NCBI GenBank assembly: GCA_951406725.2
Contig: OX597822.1
Location: 39,494,001-39,558,000, forward strand
Origin: Octopus vulgaris
Lineage: Eukaryota
Direction of reading: 5' to 3'
DNA length: 64,000 nucleotides
Both the position numbers and the translations under genes were made by a program. Shown here one piece after another: positions 1-13,530 of this stretch; position 1 is the first letter of the stretch, and each line of letters begins with the position of its first letter. The notes below the pieces were generated by a model. It saw only the letters and a program-made list of their open reading frames with translations. It was not told the origin of the DNA and did no database searches.

Positions 1-51
1 ATGTATGTATGTATGTATGTATGTATGTATGTATGTATGTATGTATGTATA

Positions 52-260
52 GCAGAAACGTTAGCGCGCTGGGCAAAATGCTTAGCGGTATTTAGTCTGC
101 CGTTACGTTCTGACTTTAAATTCTGCCAAGGTCGACTTTCATACTTTCGGGATCAATAAATAAAGTACCAGTTACGCACTGGAGTCGATGTAATCGACTT
201 AATCCCTTTATTTGTTCTTGTTTGTCCCCTCTACGTTTAGCTCCTTGTGAGCAATAAAGG
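52..260 (+). mobile_element. tRNA-derived SINE, family A (Meta-domain-like centre), 5'-truncated
   Basis: Contains GCAGAAACGTTAGC..., GTCGACTTT..CAT.CTTTCGGG..ATAAA..AAGTACCAG. The same sequence recurs more than 10 times in the window. Confidence 0.8.
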
Positions 261-286
261 AATATATATATATATATATATATATA

Positions 287-501
287 TTTCGTTTTTGGAT
301 TTGGTTTGCAAGATTCTTTATATGAGTTCGTGTGTTGAAGCATATTCTGTTGTGTCTGGGGAGAGTCAAGACTATTGAAAAGGTTGCAAGACGCAACGAA
401 AATTTTAGGAAAATAAAAATAAGAAAAAAAGTGGAAATTTTACCGCTGAGTGTGTTAAATAATAAGGTACTAAAAGAGAATGACTCTCCCCAGATACAAC
501 A

Positions 502-507
<6 letters not shown>
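287..507. mobile_element. Foldback non-autonomous PLE-type repeat between (TA)n runs
   Basis: 27-bp inverted repeat (342-368 vs 481-507), a ~55-bp extension on the left arm only, TA runs on both sides, and an internal HHR motif. Confidence 0.6.
372..408 (+). ncRNA. Minimal hammerhead ribozyme motif, U3-A8 core variant (stem I clipped)
   Basis: cta-TTGAAAA-G-gttgc-aagac-gcaac-GAAA-AT-TT-tag: perfect 5-bp stem II, AATT palindrome in place of helix III, 3-bp stem I cut by the inversion junction. Confidence 0.6.
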
Positions 508-578
<71 letters not shown>

Positions 579-600
579 TATATACATATATACATATATA

Positions 601-677
<77 letters not shown>

Positions 678-717
678 CCCTACATATCTATCCATATACA
701 TAAATACCTATGTATAT

Positions 718-1213
718 ATTCTTTTAATTGCTTCAGTCATTTGACTGCGGCCATGCTGGAGCACCGCCTTGAAGGGTTTTATTCGAACAATTCAAACCCT
801 GGACTTATTTTTTTTTAGTCTGGTACGTTTTCTATCGTTCGCTTTCGCCGAACCGCTACAGGGCGACAAACACACCAACACCAGTTGTCAAGTGGTGATC
901 CAGGGACAAAAACACAGACACAAAGACACACACATGGATACACATACGTACAAACACATACACACACACACACACACGCACACACACACACACATACACA
1001 CACATACGCACGCACGCCGCCACGCGCGAGCTCATACACACATACACACACATATATGACGGGCTTCATTCAGTTTCCGTCTACCAAATCCACTCACAAG
1101 ACTTTAGTCGTTTCTGGGGTAGAAGACACTTGCCCAAGGTGCCACGCAATGGGACTGAACCCAGAACCATGTGGTTGAGAAGCAGCTTCTTACCACACAG
1201 CGAAGCCTGCGCC
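718..1213 (-). mobile_element. tRNA-derived SINE, family B (CORE-like, with an internal TA/TG microsatellite)
   Basis: Reverse complement has a tRNA-like head (GTGTGGTAAG...GGTTCAGTCCC), then GGCACCTTGGGCAAGTG, an internal microsatellite, and a CAGTCAAATGACTG tail. Confidence 0.8.
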
Positions 1214-1290
1214 TGTGTATGTATGAATTTACCTTCCTACCTACCTACCTACCTACCTACCTACCAATCTATCTATCTATCTATCTATCC

Positions 1291-1403
<113 letters not shown>

Positions 1404-1409
1404 TTTACA

Positions 1410-1790
1410 CTTTTACTGTCTTACTTGTTTCAGTCATTTGACTGTGGCCATACTGGAGCATCACCTTTATTCGAGAAAATCGACCCCAGGACTTATTCTT
1501 TGTAAGCCTAGTACTCATTCTATCGATCACTTTTGCCGAATCGCTAAGTTACGGGGACATAAACACAACAGCATCGGTTATCAATCGATGTTGGGGTGGA
1601 CAAACACAGACACACAAACATATACATATATATATACGACGGGCTTCTTTCAGTTTCCGTCTACCAAATCCACTCACAAGGCTTTGGTCGGCCCGAAGCT
1701 ATAGTAGAAAACACTTGCCCAAGGTGTCATGCAGTGGGACCGAACCGGAACCATGTGGTTGGGAAGCAAGCTACTTACCACACAGCCACT
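1410..1790 (-). mobile_element. SINE family B
   Basis: Homologous to 718-1213. Confidence 0.8.
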
Positions 1791-1791
1791 C

Positions 1792-1876
<85 letters not shown>

Positions 1877-2209
1877 ACTGACTATCTATCTGTGTGTCTA
1901 TGAAATGACCTCTCGAATCGGTGCTAGTCACGTATTTTACAAGAAGGATGTATCTGATGGTTCATATCATATCCCTGTATATTACTGCACGGTTGTGTCA
2001 TCAATCCTAGAAAATGTCAAATCGGAATTTACGCGTGACACACCAAAGCATTACTTACTCAGAACGCACCAAAACACTACTTCCGCACCAAAACACCTTA
2101 CCTAAGTACGGCGACACATTTTGTGCGATACGCTCCCTATATGTCACCCGCCAATCTACTGCTGCAGCTGCTGCTACTGCTACTGCTGCTGCTACTGCTG
2201 CTGCTGCTG

Positions 2210-2245
<36 letters not shown>

Positions 2246-3122
2246 ATAATAATAATAATAATGATGATTTCTTTATTAACTACAAGTGTTTACAGGACGA
2301 ACCAAAAATAATGTGTATGTGTGTGAGTGTATGTAGAAGTGAGGGTTTTGCGGGTAGACAAAACTAATATAATGTTAAAAAATTTTAAATGGGAGATCAA
2401 CAATGTGTAATCCTCAATAGGGAGGAGGGCTGCTCAAGGAAAAACCCCATAAAAACCATGGGTACCCTGACTATTGGGGCAGGTGCCTTTTCTTTCTTTT
2501 TTTCGTTTCTTTTCCTCTTTCCAACTACAGGCGTATGCTCAGGGCAGGTCCGTTCACTCGCACCATTCTTTCCATTTTCGCCCCCCCCCCCTTTCAACAA
2601 AGAGGCTAGGAGACACACTTCATTCTCTACCCTTATTTTCCTTTTCAACCCAATCTTGAAGAAGTTCATCAGGGATTGGCCAAAGAGAAAAGTGTTTGTT
2701 TTCAGTCCCTTTCCCTGAGGTCGTTGAGCAGGTGACCCCGCTTCCAAGGCGACCCCAGGCCACATACATTCACGCTGCCGATTTTGTACACGAACATGTT
2801 GCTGGAAAAAGAGAAAAGAAGAAAAGGGCAAAACTTACTTGGTTTTGTTTGGAGGGGCGGATTGCCCGTCCCTCCCGTTGACAAATCACCAAATCTCCGA
2901 TTTCCTGTGAGAAATGAGTTTTTAAGTGTGTGTATATGTTTCGTGTTTTTTGAATGAGTTGTATGTGTGCAGGTAGGGCGAATGTGGGTGTGACAATCTT
3001 TTGGTGTAATGTTTGTGCGTGTTATTATATATATTCCATTAATTCATCGTTGTTTGAATTTATTGCCATGTAGTTCGTAATGTTACTGTCTTTATTTTGT
3101 ATTTAGTGTTGTTATTGCTGCT

Positions 3123-3463
3123 GTTTAGCGAACGGTCTTTGTCCCAGAGCTCGCAAGATGGGAGAAGTCCGAAATGTGGTCCTTTGCTATTCGTAAGATT
3201 CGCAGAAGAGAAAGCAGGCTAACCCCCGACACCGAGAGCATCGACGGATGGATGCGCATCCAGGCCCAGCGGTTGCGTAGGACGTCGGGGACAAGAAACA
3301 GGAAGAAAGAGCGAGAGAAAGTTGGGGCGAAAGAGTACAACAGGGGTCGCCCCCACCCTGCCGGAGACTCGTGGAGCTTTAGGTGTTTTCGCTCAATAAA
3401 CACACACAACGCCCAGTCTGGGAATCGATACCGCGATCCACCGACTGCAAGTCCGCTGCCCTA
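3123..3463 (-). mobile_element. SINE family C (tail type 1)
   Basis: Shared family C head/body (GCGGACT.GC.GTCG..GGATCGCGGT.TCGATTCCC...TATTGAGCGAAAACACCTAAAGCTCCACG). Confidence 0.75.
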
Positions 3464-3464
3464 G

Positions 3465-3848
3465 TAGGAGCACTCCGTCGGTTGCGACGATGAGGGTCCC
3501 AGCTGATACGATCAACGGAACAGCTTGCTCGTGATATTAACGTGCAAGTGGCCGAGCACTCCACAGGCACGTGTACCCTTAACGTAGTTCTCGAGGAGAT
3601 TCAGCATGACACAGATTGTGACAAGGCTGGCCCTTTGAAATACAGGTACAAGAGAAACAGGAAGAAAGAGCGAGAGAAAGTTGTGGTGAAAGAGTACAGC
3701 AGGGTTCACCACCATCCCCTGCCGGAGCCTCGTGGAGCTTTAGGTGTTGTCGCTCAATAAACACTCACAACGCCCGGTCCGGGAATCGAAACCGCGATCC
3801 TCCGACCGCAAGTCCGCTGCCCTAACCACTGGGCCATTGCGCCTCCAC
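3465..3848 (-). mobile_element. SINE family C (tail type 2, shared with 12330-12655)
   Basis: Full tRNA-like head GTGGAGGCGCAATGGCCCAGTGGTTAGG with A and B boxes. Tail TTTCAAAGGGCCAGCCTTGTCAC...CCGACGGAGTGCT. Confidence 0.85.
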
Positions 3849-5791
3849 TGTTGTTGCTGCCATTGTTGTTGCTGTACTTGTTGTTGTTGTAGTGATGGTG
3901 GTGGTTGTGTTTGTTGTTGTTTCTGATGCGTGTGTGGAATGGCTAGTGTTCAAGTGTTAGGGGTGGTGGTGTCGATGCAGTGTTTATTTTGGGCGTGTTT
4001 GTTTTTATTGTTTTGATTTTTTTCCCTTCTTGTTTGGATGAAGATTGTTGTTGTTGTTGTTTTTTTTTTTTTGTTTTTGTTCTTAACTGCCAGTCTTCAT
4101 CGTGCTCCGTCTCTCCGGCTGTGCTGTCGACCCCGCTCTGCATCGAGGAGTGAAACATCTTCGGGCGCTGTGAAGTGTTTGTGTGAACTCGGTACCGTTA
4201 TGATCGTTGGTGTTAGTGGTACTCTGGCTGAATCTGCTGATGGTGATGGTGCTGCTGCTGTTGTCGCTAGAGTTCTGGTGGCCGTTGTTGGTGTAGAGAG
4301 GGAAGGTACCCGTCTATCTTCTCCGTTTAGCTTGGGGCTGTCGATTTTTAAATATTTAGGTGAAATGCAAAATTAGCACTTTGGTTTTCTTTCAATCAAC
4401 CCTGACAGGAATTATGCTGCCTCTAGGAAAAAGGATCTGGTCTAGGATGAGATCCACATTCTTTTATGCTGTTTGAATGAGGAGTTTTACTGTCATTCCA
4501 GACTAATTTTCCTTTTTGGTCTGATAGGCTTCGAGGATTTTCGAGTTTTCCTCAATGTCTATCATCACTGCCGCATTTAGCGAAGGAATGGCTATTTCTG
4601 GCGGCACCTGCTGGATTATAATTTTGGCCAGTCTCTGACCGCAGTAGTAAGGAACTAGCAACAGCTCCTCGCTTTTGAGGGGATTCAGAGAGTGATGTTT
4701 GGCTTCTTTCTTGGTAAAGAATCGAACGTCCACCATTCTATAAGCCTTTCCTCTCTGTATATAGTCCATTAGATTCCAGACAGAACCTAAAGCTTGTTGT
4801 ATTTGAGCCTCTGTAGCTCTTTTCACCCTCCTTGATCTTAACCCGATTGTACGGTACGTCACTGTGCGACGTATCGTAGCTTGGATTGTCTCAGGTGGTG
4901 TATTCAAATTTACAGCTAGTCCATCCATCTCTCTCGATTAGCAGTCTAGCATATTTCAGTTCTTCTGATGATAATTGTATTCCCTGAAGAGGTGCCTTGG
5001 CTACTACAGCGAAAGAAAGCTTTGAGGGGCTGTTCCAAGCCGTTGTAGCGGTTTGCGTCTTAGCTCTTTCATTGTCTTTGTCGTTGTTGTTGCTTTTGTT
5101 GCTGCTGTTGTTGGTTTTGTTGTTGCTGTTGTCATCTTTGCTATTGTTGCTGTTGTGGTTGTTGATGGTGCTGCTGTTGTTGTTGTTGTTGTTGTTGTTG
5201 TTGCTGTTCCTGATGTTGCTGTTATTTACTGCCTACTCATCCGTTGCCTCGCTCAAAGAAGGGCCTTCACCGCTTACACTCTCGAAGCTAATGTTTTGCC
5301 CTCGAATAATATTGCTAAAAACAGAGCCTTTGCTTTTCAAAAGACCCTCTGAGTGATCTTCATTGAAAACATTGGCTCCATTGTCCCTCTTGTTCGTTTC
5401 CTTGAGAAAAACACGACTATCGTCTGTTTTGTCTCTCAGACCGAAGTCACCTCGCACGCATGCATCCTCTCCCATCGGCACTTGGTGACGCTCCTCACTT
5501 TCTCCCTCTCTCTCTCACATATGAACGTCACCATGTTTTCTGTTTTCTCCATGTTGGTGGGGAAAACGTACACAATTTCGATTTAAGAAAACAAAAACAA
5601 CTGACCGGTCCCCCAAAGCTGGGACAAAATAGGAGGATAAACTCGTCAGTCAACAGCAAATAACTTGTTGTCCAATATGTTATAAACTTAAAGGGTGCAA
5701 ATACACAATCATGTAATTATTCTTTATAAAATTTACGGAGCGAGGTCAAGCATGGCTTGCCAGGCTGACGACCATAATAATAATAATAATG

Positions 5792-5864
<73 letters not shown>

Positions 5865-5865
<1 letters not shown>

Positions 5866-6420
5866 GCTCTAATGCAATACCAGACAGTGGCTCTCATGGC
5901 TTCTGATCTTAACTGATTGGAAGTGTTATCATGTACATTGTTTTGTCTTGGTATAATACAGCAAATATTCTGCTCGATACCACAGATTTGCTTGTCAGCT
6001 GTTTGACCATAACCAGTTGACCATGTCGTTTAGTGGCTGACGATATGTGCATCTCTGACCACGAGCAGAAGTAATGGGGAGCATCATAGCTGTGTGTTGA
6101 GAGGAATTCTTGGAGGTTTGGATAATTCACCTTTGGAAACATGGGTGTTTAGTTCAACATCTTTAAACAATCCTTATTCAGGGACCTTTTGAGCGGGATG
6201 GGTTACTCAACCAGAAGAAAATTCTGACTGGGCCCCAGCTGCAAGGTCATGTGCTGTTTATCTTGATATGAGATCACCATGTAGCGCACATATGGTTGTG
6301 ATGCATGTGCCTTGTGTACCCTTATCAGACAGGTAGTCGTGATGGGTACACTGGGCTTCGTATACTTTACCCCAGTGTCACTTTGATGGCATGCACTGCT
6401 CTCTCACTCAATAATAATAA
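5865..6420 (+). mobile_element. 3' end of a (TAA)n-inserted non-LTR retroelement (R4/Dong-like 3' UTR, inferred)
   Basis: Bounded by (TAA)n. The terminus CACTTTGATGGCATGCACTGCTCTCTCACTCAATAATAA recurs inverted at 62050-62145, also at a TAA run. Confidence 0.55.
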
Positions 6421-7074
6421 TAATATTAATAATAAGTATTTTGTCAGTTTTATTTATTGACCACAAAGGCCTAAATGTAGAATATGAGACATATCCTGCA
6501 TAAAAAAGGCGGGTGGAGTGCATATGCAATAAACAAGGGTGTGGGAAAATCATGGACAACATAAAGAACAAAGAAAGTAAGTAAAATTATAGTAATCAAA
6601 TGCAATTAGTTCACCTCATTACTCCTAGAACCTTCCGTTTCGGTCACTCCTTGCCCTTTTCCATCTGCAAACAGGATCTTCAGCATTTACTCGTGAGCAT
6701 GACTTTCATCAGGAAACTACCCTTTTTATCGTTTGGATTAAGGCTAATCCCCATCTCTCGTTTCCGCGTATTTAGTAATTCTTGGCTTCATTTATAGATT
6801 TTATCAATAATTTCATTGGATTTGCGTAATACTGTAGAAGAATGGTGTAATTGGTTCACTCCAGGTGGAATTGTTCCCTTCCACGAAGTTGTACATTAAC
6901 CTGTTTGCTTTCAGAATGGACCCAGAAGATTGCTATATTTCTGCTGGGCCCATATTCTCATTGCCGCAAAGACCATCGATTGGAACTGTTGCTCTGAGTT
7001 TATGGCTATCCCAGTGCTGGAATGGAAGGAAACTTCACGATCTCTTCAGTATATTACCACGTCGGTCCCTGGTG

Positions 7075-7869
7075 TCTTCTTCTTCTTCTTCTTCTTCTTC
7101 TTCTTCTTCTTCTTCTTCTTCTTCTTCTTCTTCTTCTTCTTCTTCTTCTTCTTCTTCTTCTTCTTCTTCTTCTTCTTCTTTTTCCAGTCAGGACTCACGC
7201 CATTAGCCACAAAAAATAATCTCTCATTCGAGCTTACTCTAAGCTACTAAGAATGCGTGTGGAAACCTGAAGATCCACCTACCACACGCGATAGATTGGC
7301 GGTTGCACGGGCGTGAAAGATACGTTGTTATCCTCACTCCGTAAACGGAGGCTTTTAACGGGTGGAGAGCTGAACCATCCTAGGGTACAGAGGATTCGCA
7401 ATCTAGACTAGGGTCTGAAGGTTTACCACACCATAGTGGGTTACACCATGGTTCCTCTGCTATGTGGCAGAAGTAGGAAGAGTGGGAAAGTTGTGGTGAA
7501 AGAGTACAGCGGGGTTCACCACTACCTCCGCCGGAACCTCGTGGAGCTTAGGTGTTTTTGCTCAATAAACACTCACAATGCTCGGTCTGGGAATCGAAAC
7601 CGCGTTCTTACGACGCGCGTCCGCTGTCCTAACCACTGGGCCATTGCGCCTCCACTCCACAACTTTCCCACTCTTCCTACTTCTGCCACAAAGGAGAGGA
7701 ACCATGATGTAACCCACTATGGTGTGGTAAACTTTCAGACCCTAGTCTAGATTGAGAATCCTCTGTACCCTAGGATGGTTCAGCTCTCCACCCGTTAAAA
7801 GCCTCCGTTTACGGAATGAGGATAACAACGTAGCTTTCGCGCCCGTGCAACCGCCAGTCTATCGCGTGT
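7075..7869 (-). mobile_element. SINE family C with a (GAA)n tail and an inverted ~213-bp copy of its body upstream
   Basis: Arms 7284-7496 and 7657-7869 are near-identical inverted repeats enclosing the tRNA head (7497-7655). The (TTC)n run at 7075-7180 is the tail. Confidence 0.75.
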
Positions 7870-8476
7870 AGTTGCTGTTGAAGGCGAGGTAACTCTACTC
7901 TGGCCATCCCTGGAACAGTAACCACTGTTGTTGTAACCACAGCATCTATTTTACCTATTGTTTCTATTTCAAGTGCCTTCTAGTATTGCTGTTGTTGGTG
8001 CTGTCTACTGATCCATTCCCTTTTATCGTACCTTGAGGTGGTTTATACACCCACCTCTGTAGCAACTAGGCCTTTTTCTCAGTACCACCAATTTGCTTGG
8101 CTGATTTCTTCTACAATATGGTATATTTCCGGTTTCCGGATTAGTTTGTGTGTACGTGTATGTGTGTGTGTGTGTGGTGTGTGTGTGTGCGTCTGCATAT
8201 GTGCGCACGCGCATGCGTTTGTGTGTGTTTGTGCGTGTGTCTGCATGTGAGAATGCGCGTGTATGTCTTTGTGTGTACGCACGCGCGTTTGTTTGTTTGT
8301 GAGTGTGCGTATGTGTGTGTGTGTGTTTGCCTGTATGTGCGCGCACGCGCGCGTGTTTGTGTGTTTTCTGCAATGGAAGTGTTATCATTCAAAAAATTTA
8401 TTACGTGATATATAAAAAGTTTTCCAGGCAGAATGACCCATATTCATGTGTGCATATATATGTATGTATGTAAATG

Positions 8477-8592
<116 letters not shown>

Positions 8593-9158
8593 CATGTATT
8601 TATATATCTATGTAACTCTATAAATGTGTGTATAAATATTAATGTGTATGTGTATATGAGTATTTGTGTGCATGTGTATGCATATATTCATGTATGCGCA
8701 CACGTTTTGGAGGCATGAAGTGAATTCAAATCACGATATGACGTAAGCCTAACATTATTCATCACCTCGACACGGTTCCCTCATACTTTAAGATGTTATC
8801 TGTATACACATCTGTCTGTCTGTCTGTATGAATGTTCATCAAAAGTCAAAGTACAATTGCTGGCATCCCAACTCCTTGCAGACGTTTTCTGAGACTTGCG
8901 CCAGCATCATTTTCCATTTTCTGTCTAACAAAAACGCTCTCAGGGTCTCACAAGCAACAATCCTAGATTCCAAACCATTTGTTATATTAGAGATTTTTGT
9001 GAAACAATGTAAAGTCTGGGAACAAACTCGATACAATACTGGTATTCATTGACCTCTTTCTTCTTCCGTCATATGTTATAAATCCGAGCCATTCATATTG
9101 TCCTCAAAGCTGCGGGTATCTTTTAGGACGTGATTTCATGCAGAATATCACCTAGCTA

Positions 9159-10420
9159 TTGGGTCATTCCTTAAATACTACTTTTTTTTTCAATTGCATG
9201 AACTAAAAGTCGGACGGGGAAGGTGTAAACTACCTGCATCAACTTGCTATAAAAGCAGGTAGTAATTTTACCTTGGGCTTATTCTTAGTGCAAGTTTTGA
9301 AGAGTGCCGATTTTAAGTTATTTTTTCAAAGCTATACTAGAAGTAACAAAGGAGAATATGCGGTATATTTTGCTTTATGAGTTCAATAAAGGCAACAATG
9401 CAATGGAAAGCGCGAGGAATATTAATGCAGTATATGGTGATTGGACAATAAGTGTAAGCCAGTGTTAACGGTGGTTCTAGAAATTCTCAGCTGGAAACTA
9501 CAGCCTAGAAGACGAGCCTCGTCCTGGAAGATCTGTAGAGCTCGACGAGGATGTCCTACAAATTCTGGTGGAACAAAATCCCATCGTAACTATTGGGGAA
9601 CTACCAGAGAAACTTGGATTTGGTCATTCAACCATTCATCGACACCTGCGCGCCATCGGAAAAGTTAGCAAATTGGGTCAATGGGTTCCTCACCAACTCT
9701 CCGAGTCTAATCGCGCGCAGAGAGTGAATGTGTGTTAGTCTTTGCTGTCACATCTCACGAATGAATCTTTTTTAGACCGCATAGTGACTGGTGATGAAAA
9801 ATGGGTTCTCCATAGAAATGTCAAGCGCCGAAGACTGTGGCTAGGGTAAGGAGAAACAGCGGCACCCCAGACTAAAGAAGGTGTTCACCCACGTAAGGTG
9901 TTGTTATCTGTTTGGTAGGATATGAAAGGTTTAGTCTACTTTGAACTCTTAAACCCAAACCAAACTATAACAAAGGAGGTCTATTGCTAGCAGCATGAGC
10001 GGCTTATGACAGCGCTCAAAGAAAAACGACCATCTTTGGTTTCAAAACGAAAGCTGTTTTTCCATCAGGATAATGCTCGGCCACATACAGTGAGGATGAC
10101 ATTCGAAAGGCTGGACAGTTTGAATGGGAAACGATGCAACATCCACCATATTCGTCGGACATTGTCCCATCTGATTATCATTTATTCTGCAGTCTTCAAA
10201 ATCATTTGGACGGAAAAGAATATGAATTCAGTAGACGAGGTCAGAACAGTAATGGAGGATTATTTTTCGTCACAGACAAGTGAATTTTGGGAAAGGGACC
10301 TTGCAAGTTTACCAGGTAGATGGAAGAGTATTGTAGAAAATGAAGGAGAGTATATTTTAGATTTAAAAAAAACTTTGTTTATCTTAATTTTGACTAATAA
10401 ATGAAGTATATAAAAAAATG
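9159..10420 (+). pseudogene. Tc1/mariner (mariner, D,D34D) transposon with a disrupted transposase (~9337-10365)
   Basis: Motifs EDEPRPGR, WVPHQL, IVTGDEKW, HQDNARPH and HPPYSSDIVPSDYHLF. Several stops and frameshifts. TA followed by TTGGGTCATTCC forms the left TIR. The right TIR was not found. Confidence 0.92.
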
Positions 10421-10653
10421 TTGTCCTTGTTCTTATTGGTGAGTGAGCGACTTTTACCTTTTACACTGATTTATTATTCAAAATAATATTATCGCTGTTA
10501 AATATCTTGGTATTTTGTCAATATGTAACTACAAATGCGTCTGCTTCAATATCATATTAATTCTATGAAAAAAAAATTTTTTTTCCGAAAGTCTTTTATC
10601 GTTTGAAATAATTACGAAATCTTTGACAATTTTCGCCATTGAAAAACCATCAG

Positions 10654-10687
<34 letters not shown>

Positions 10688-10763
10688 GCAGCTGCTGCTG
10701 CTGCTGCTGCTGCAGTTACCACTACTAGTATTGCTACTGCTTCTGCTGCTGCTGCTGCTGCTG

Positions 10764-10824
<61 letters not shown>

Positions 10825-10871
10825 AGCTGCTGCTGCTGCAGTTACCACTACTAGTATTGCTACTGCTGCTG

Positions 10872-10919
<48 letters not shown>

Positions 10920-11250
10920 CTTATAAGAGCTCAAAATCTCTCGTGGAAGCGCCATCCAACCAAAATGTAAATATATGGGAAACTACCACCTGTGTCATCT
11001 CTTGTGACAGGTAGGAGAGTCCAGTTTGCTGGACATTGTTGTAGAGCTGAAAAAGAAGTAATTTCTACTCTTCTCCTCTGGAAGCCATCTACTCGCAATA
11101 CCAGAGGGCGCACACTCTCCTACCCTGATGTAATCTCCAGGGATACAGGCATCCAGCAACAGGACCTCCGTAATGCCATGATGGACCGTGAAGTCTGGCG
11201 TAGCATGGTAAATTCCATTGTCTCGACCACGGTCGAACAATGATGATGAC
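10920..11250 (+). mobile_element. RTE-clade LINE 3' fragment inside a (CTA)n run
   Basis: RRVQFAGHCCRAEKEVISTLLLW...MMDREVWRSMV is RTE-type C-terminal sequence, followed by a short (TGA)n tail. Confidence 0.75.
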
Positions 11251-11574
11251 TACTACTACTGAGCCATTTTGAAAAAGGAATAAAGTTGAAAATCGCTCCA
11301 AAGACCACCACTGTTGAACTGTCGACGTTCAACACATTAGGAGCGAAGTATAAAATCAGAATTGGCTTCAATACTCGTTTCTTAATATATTTTCTACAAA
11401 CAGTATCAGACCGAATATCTGACAAGCTTGGGACCGGATGTGGTCCGGATTGGGACCAGAAGTGGCAACAAGTTAGGAGGAGGGGACGAGTCAATTGCAT
11501 CGACCCCAGTGCTCAACTGGTGCTTATTTTATCGACCTTGACGTCGGCAGAAATTTGACTGATATATATCTGAA

Positions 11575-11870
11575 TGGTGGTTACAGCGTCAGGTTCGCAA
11601 TGAGGTAGTGAGTATGAACCTAGACCAGATTGTGTTGTTGAGCAAGACACTTTATTTCACGTTGCTGCAGTTGACTCAGCTGTAGAAATTAGTTGTGACT
11701 GTTACTGGTGCCAAGCTGTATCAGCCTTTGCCTTTTCCTTGGATAACATTGGTGGCGATGGTAGTGGAGACTGGTATGCATGGGCGACTGCTGGTCTTCC
11801 ATAAACAACTTTGTCCGGACTTGTGCCTCAGAGGGTAATTTTCTAGGTGCAACCCCTTTTATGGATGACG
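11575..11870 (+). mobile_element. SINE family D (CORE-like GAGCAAGACACTTTATTTCACGTTGC)
   Basis: Homologous to 57110-57450 and 56772-56905. Confidence 0.7.
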
Positions 11871-11907
11871 AAAAAAATATTTTAAAAATGAAAAATAAAG
11901 AGCTAAG

Positions 11908-12205
11908 CTGTATTTGTTCCTTCTCGAGTCATGCCTGGCTCATAAGGGCCGGTTTTATTGGCGTATAGGCTGCCCACCTGGACGGGACACCGGTCCGTCA
12001 CAGGTGAGCTGCTAGATGCTGGGGGAAAGAGTGGGAGAAAGTTGTGGCGAAAGAGTCAGTACAAGTTCGCAATGACCTTCTACCGGAGCCGCGTGGAGCT
12101 TAGGTGTTTCGCTCATAAACACATACATTGCCCTGTCTGAGATTCGAACCTGCGATCCCTCGACCAAGAGTCCGCTGCTCTAACCACTAGGTCATATGCC
12201 TCCAC
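11908..12205 (-). mobile_element. SINE family C (tail type 3)
   Basis: Family C head and body with tail CCTGTGACGGACCGGTGTCCCGTCCAGG. Confidence 0.75.
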
Positions 12206-12329
12206 TGAAAGTGTATTTAACAAACTCAAATTAATACATTTCAAAAGCAGGGTCTCTTTGATATTCATTAATGGATTTATAATCCTTAAAATATATCATA
12301 CTGTATCAAGTATATATTTACAGCATATT

Positions 12330-12655
12330 GTGAAGGCGCGTGGTTTAGTGGCTAGGGTATTCGGCTCACGATTGCAAGGTCGTGTGTTCAATTCCCGGCG
12401 ACGCGTTGTATCCTCGAGCAAGACACTTTATTTCACGTTGCCCCAGTTCACTCAGCTTCCAAAATTGAATAGTATCTATATTTCAAAGGGCCAGCCTTGT
12501 CACACTTTGTGTCAAGCTGAATCTCCCTAAGAACTACGTTATGGGTACACGTGTCTGTCCTGTGCTTAGGCACTTGCACGTTAATTTCACAAGTAAGGTG
12601 TTCCGTTGACCGTATCAGCTGGAACTCTCGCCGTCGTAACCGACGGAATGCTCTT
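12330..12655 (+). mobile_element. SINE: family D head with the family C type-2 tail
   Basis: tRNA-like head, GAGCAAGACACTTTATTTCACG, and a tail matching 3465-3645. Confidence 0.75.
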
Positions 12656-13047
12656 TAAATACAGCATATGATGAAAATTAAACGAAGTAAAGAACATGAT
12701 TGCATCTCAAAGATTCAGGTACAAATTAATATACCTCCAAAGCAGAACATGTTTAATCTTTATTAATTCATATAAAATAGAAAATAACAAAACTATTCTT
12801 AATACACCTCATGCAAATTAACCGACTTCGAAAACAATTTCAAACTTAGCCGGTTTTTTGGTAATTCCGGATTTCTCTAAGCCGGATAACGGGTACGGCA
12901 CTGTATATGTTTTTTTTTTTTCAAATGGTCTGGAATCGACAGACATTTGCTAAAGCACAATTATTAATATTTGTTCATTCTCTGCATTATCTAGACTGAT
13001 CTATTGATATCAGAATATTATTTGATTTGTGATTTGAGAATAAACCG

Positions 13048-13138
<91 letters not shown>

Positions 13139-13454
13139 CCTATATCTGACTGTCCGTCTAATGTATAATTGTGTGTGAGTGTGTGTGCATACGAACGTGC
13201 ACACATCAATGCGTGTGTGTATATGTGTCTGTGTGCCTGCGTATTTGAGTGTATGTGTGTGTGCATGTGTGCGTGTGAGTATGCGTCTGTGTGTACATGT
13301 GTGACAATATACAGACATATATTTCTATGAATATATTAAAGGACGTTGAACTTGGATCATGCTCAAAGCAATAATAAAAAAAACCTGAAATATGTTATTA
13401 AATCTCTCATAAGAATAATGATTATAATTACTTTTAAGATTATGATCATCAATT

Positions 13455-13530
<76 letters not shown>

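Larger units (their letters stand above)
2370..5665 (-). mobile_element. Decayed, internally deleted L1/Tx1-like element (ORF1 remnant plus the first residues of ORF2), interrupted by SINEs
   Basis: The 4503-4928 frame resembles a Tx1-type ORF1 (GQRLAKIIIQQVPPEI). A degenerate knuckle RKPKC*FC.S lies near 4350-4400. MFVYKIGSVNVCGLGSPWKRGHLLNDLR at ~2715-2797 resembles an APE endonuclease N-terminus. No RT follows. Confidence 0.55.

Noticed and set aside
3775-3848. Functional tRNA genes at SINE heads
   Set aside because: A/B boxes are present but there is no complete cloverleaf or terminator, and the sequences continue into SINE bodies.
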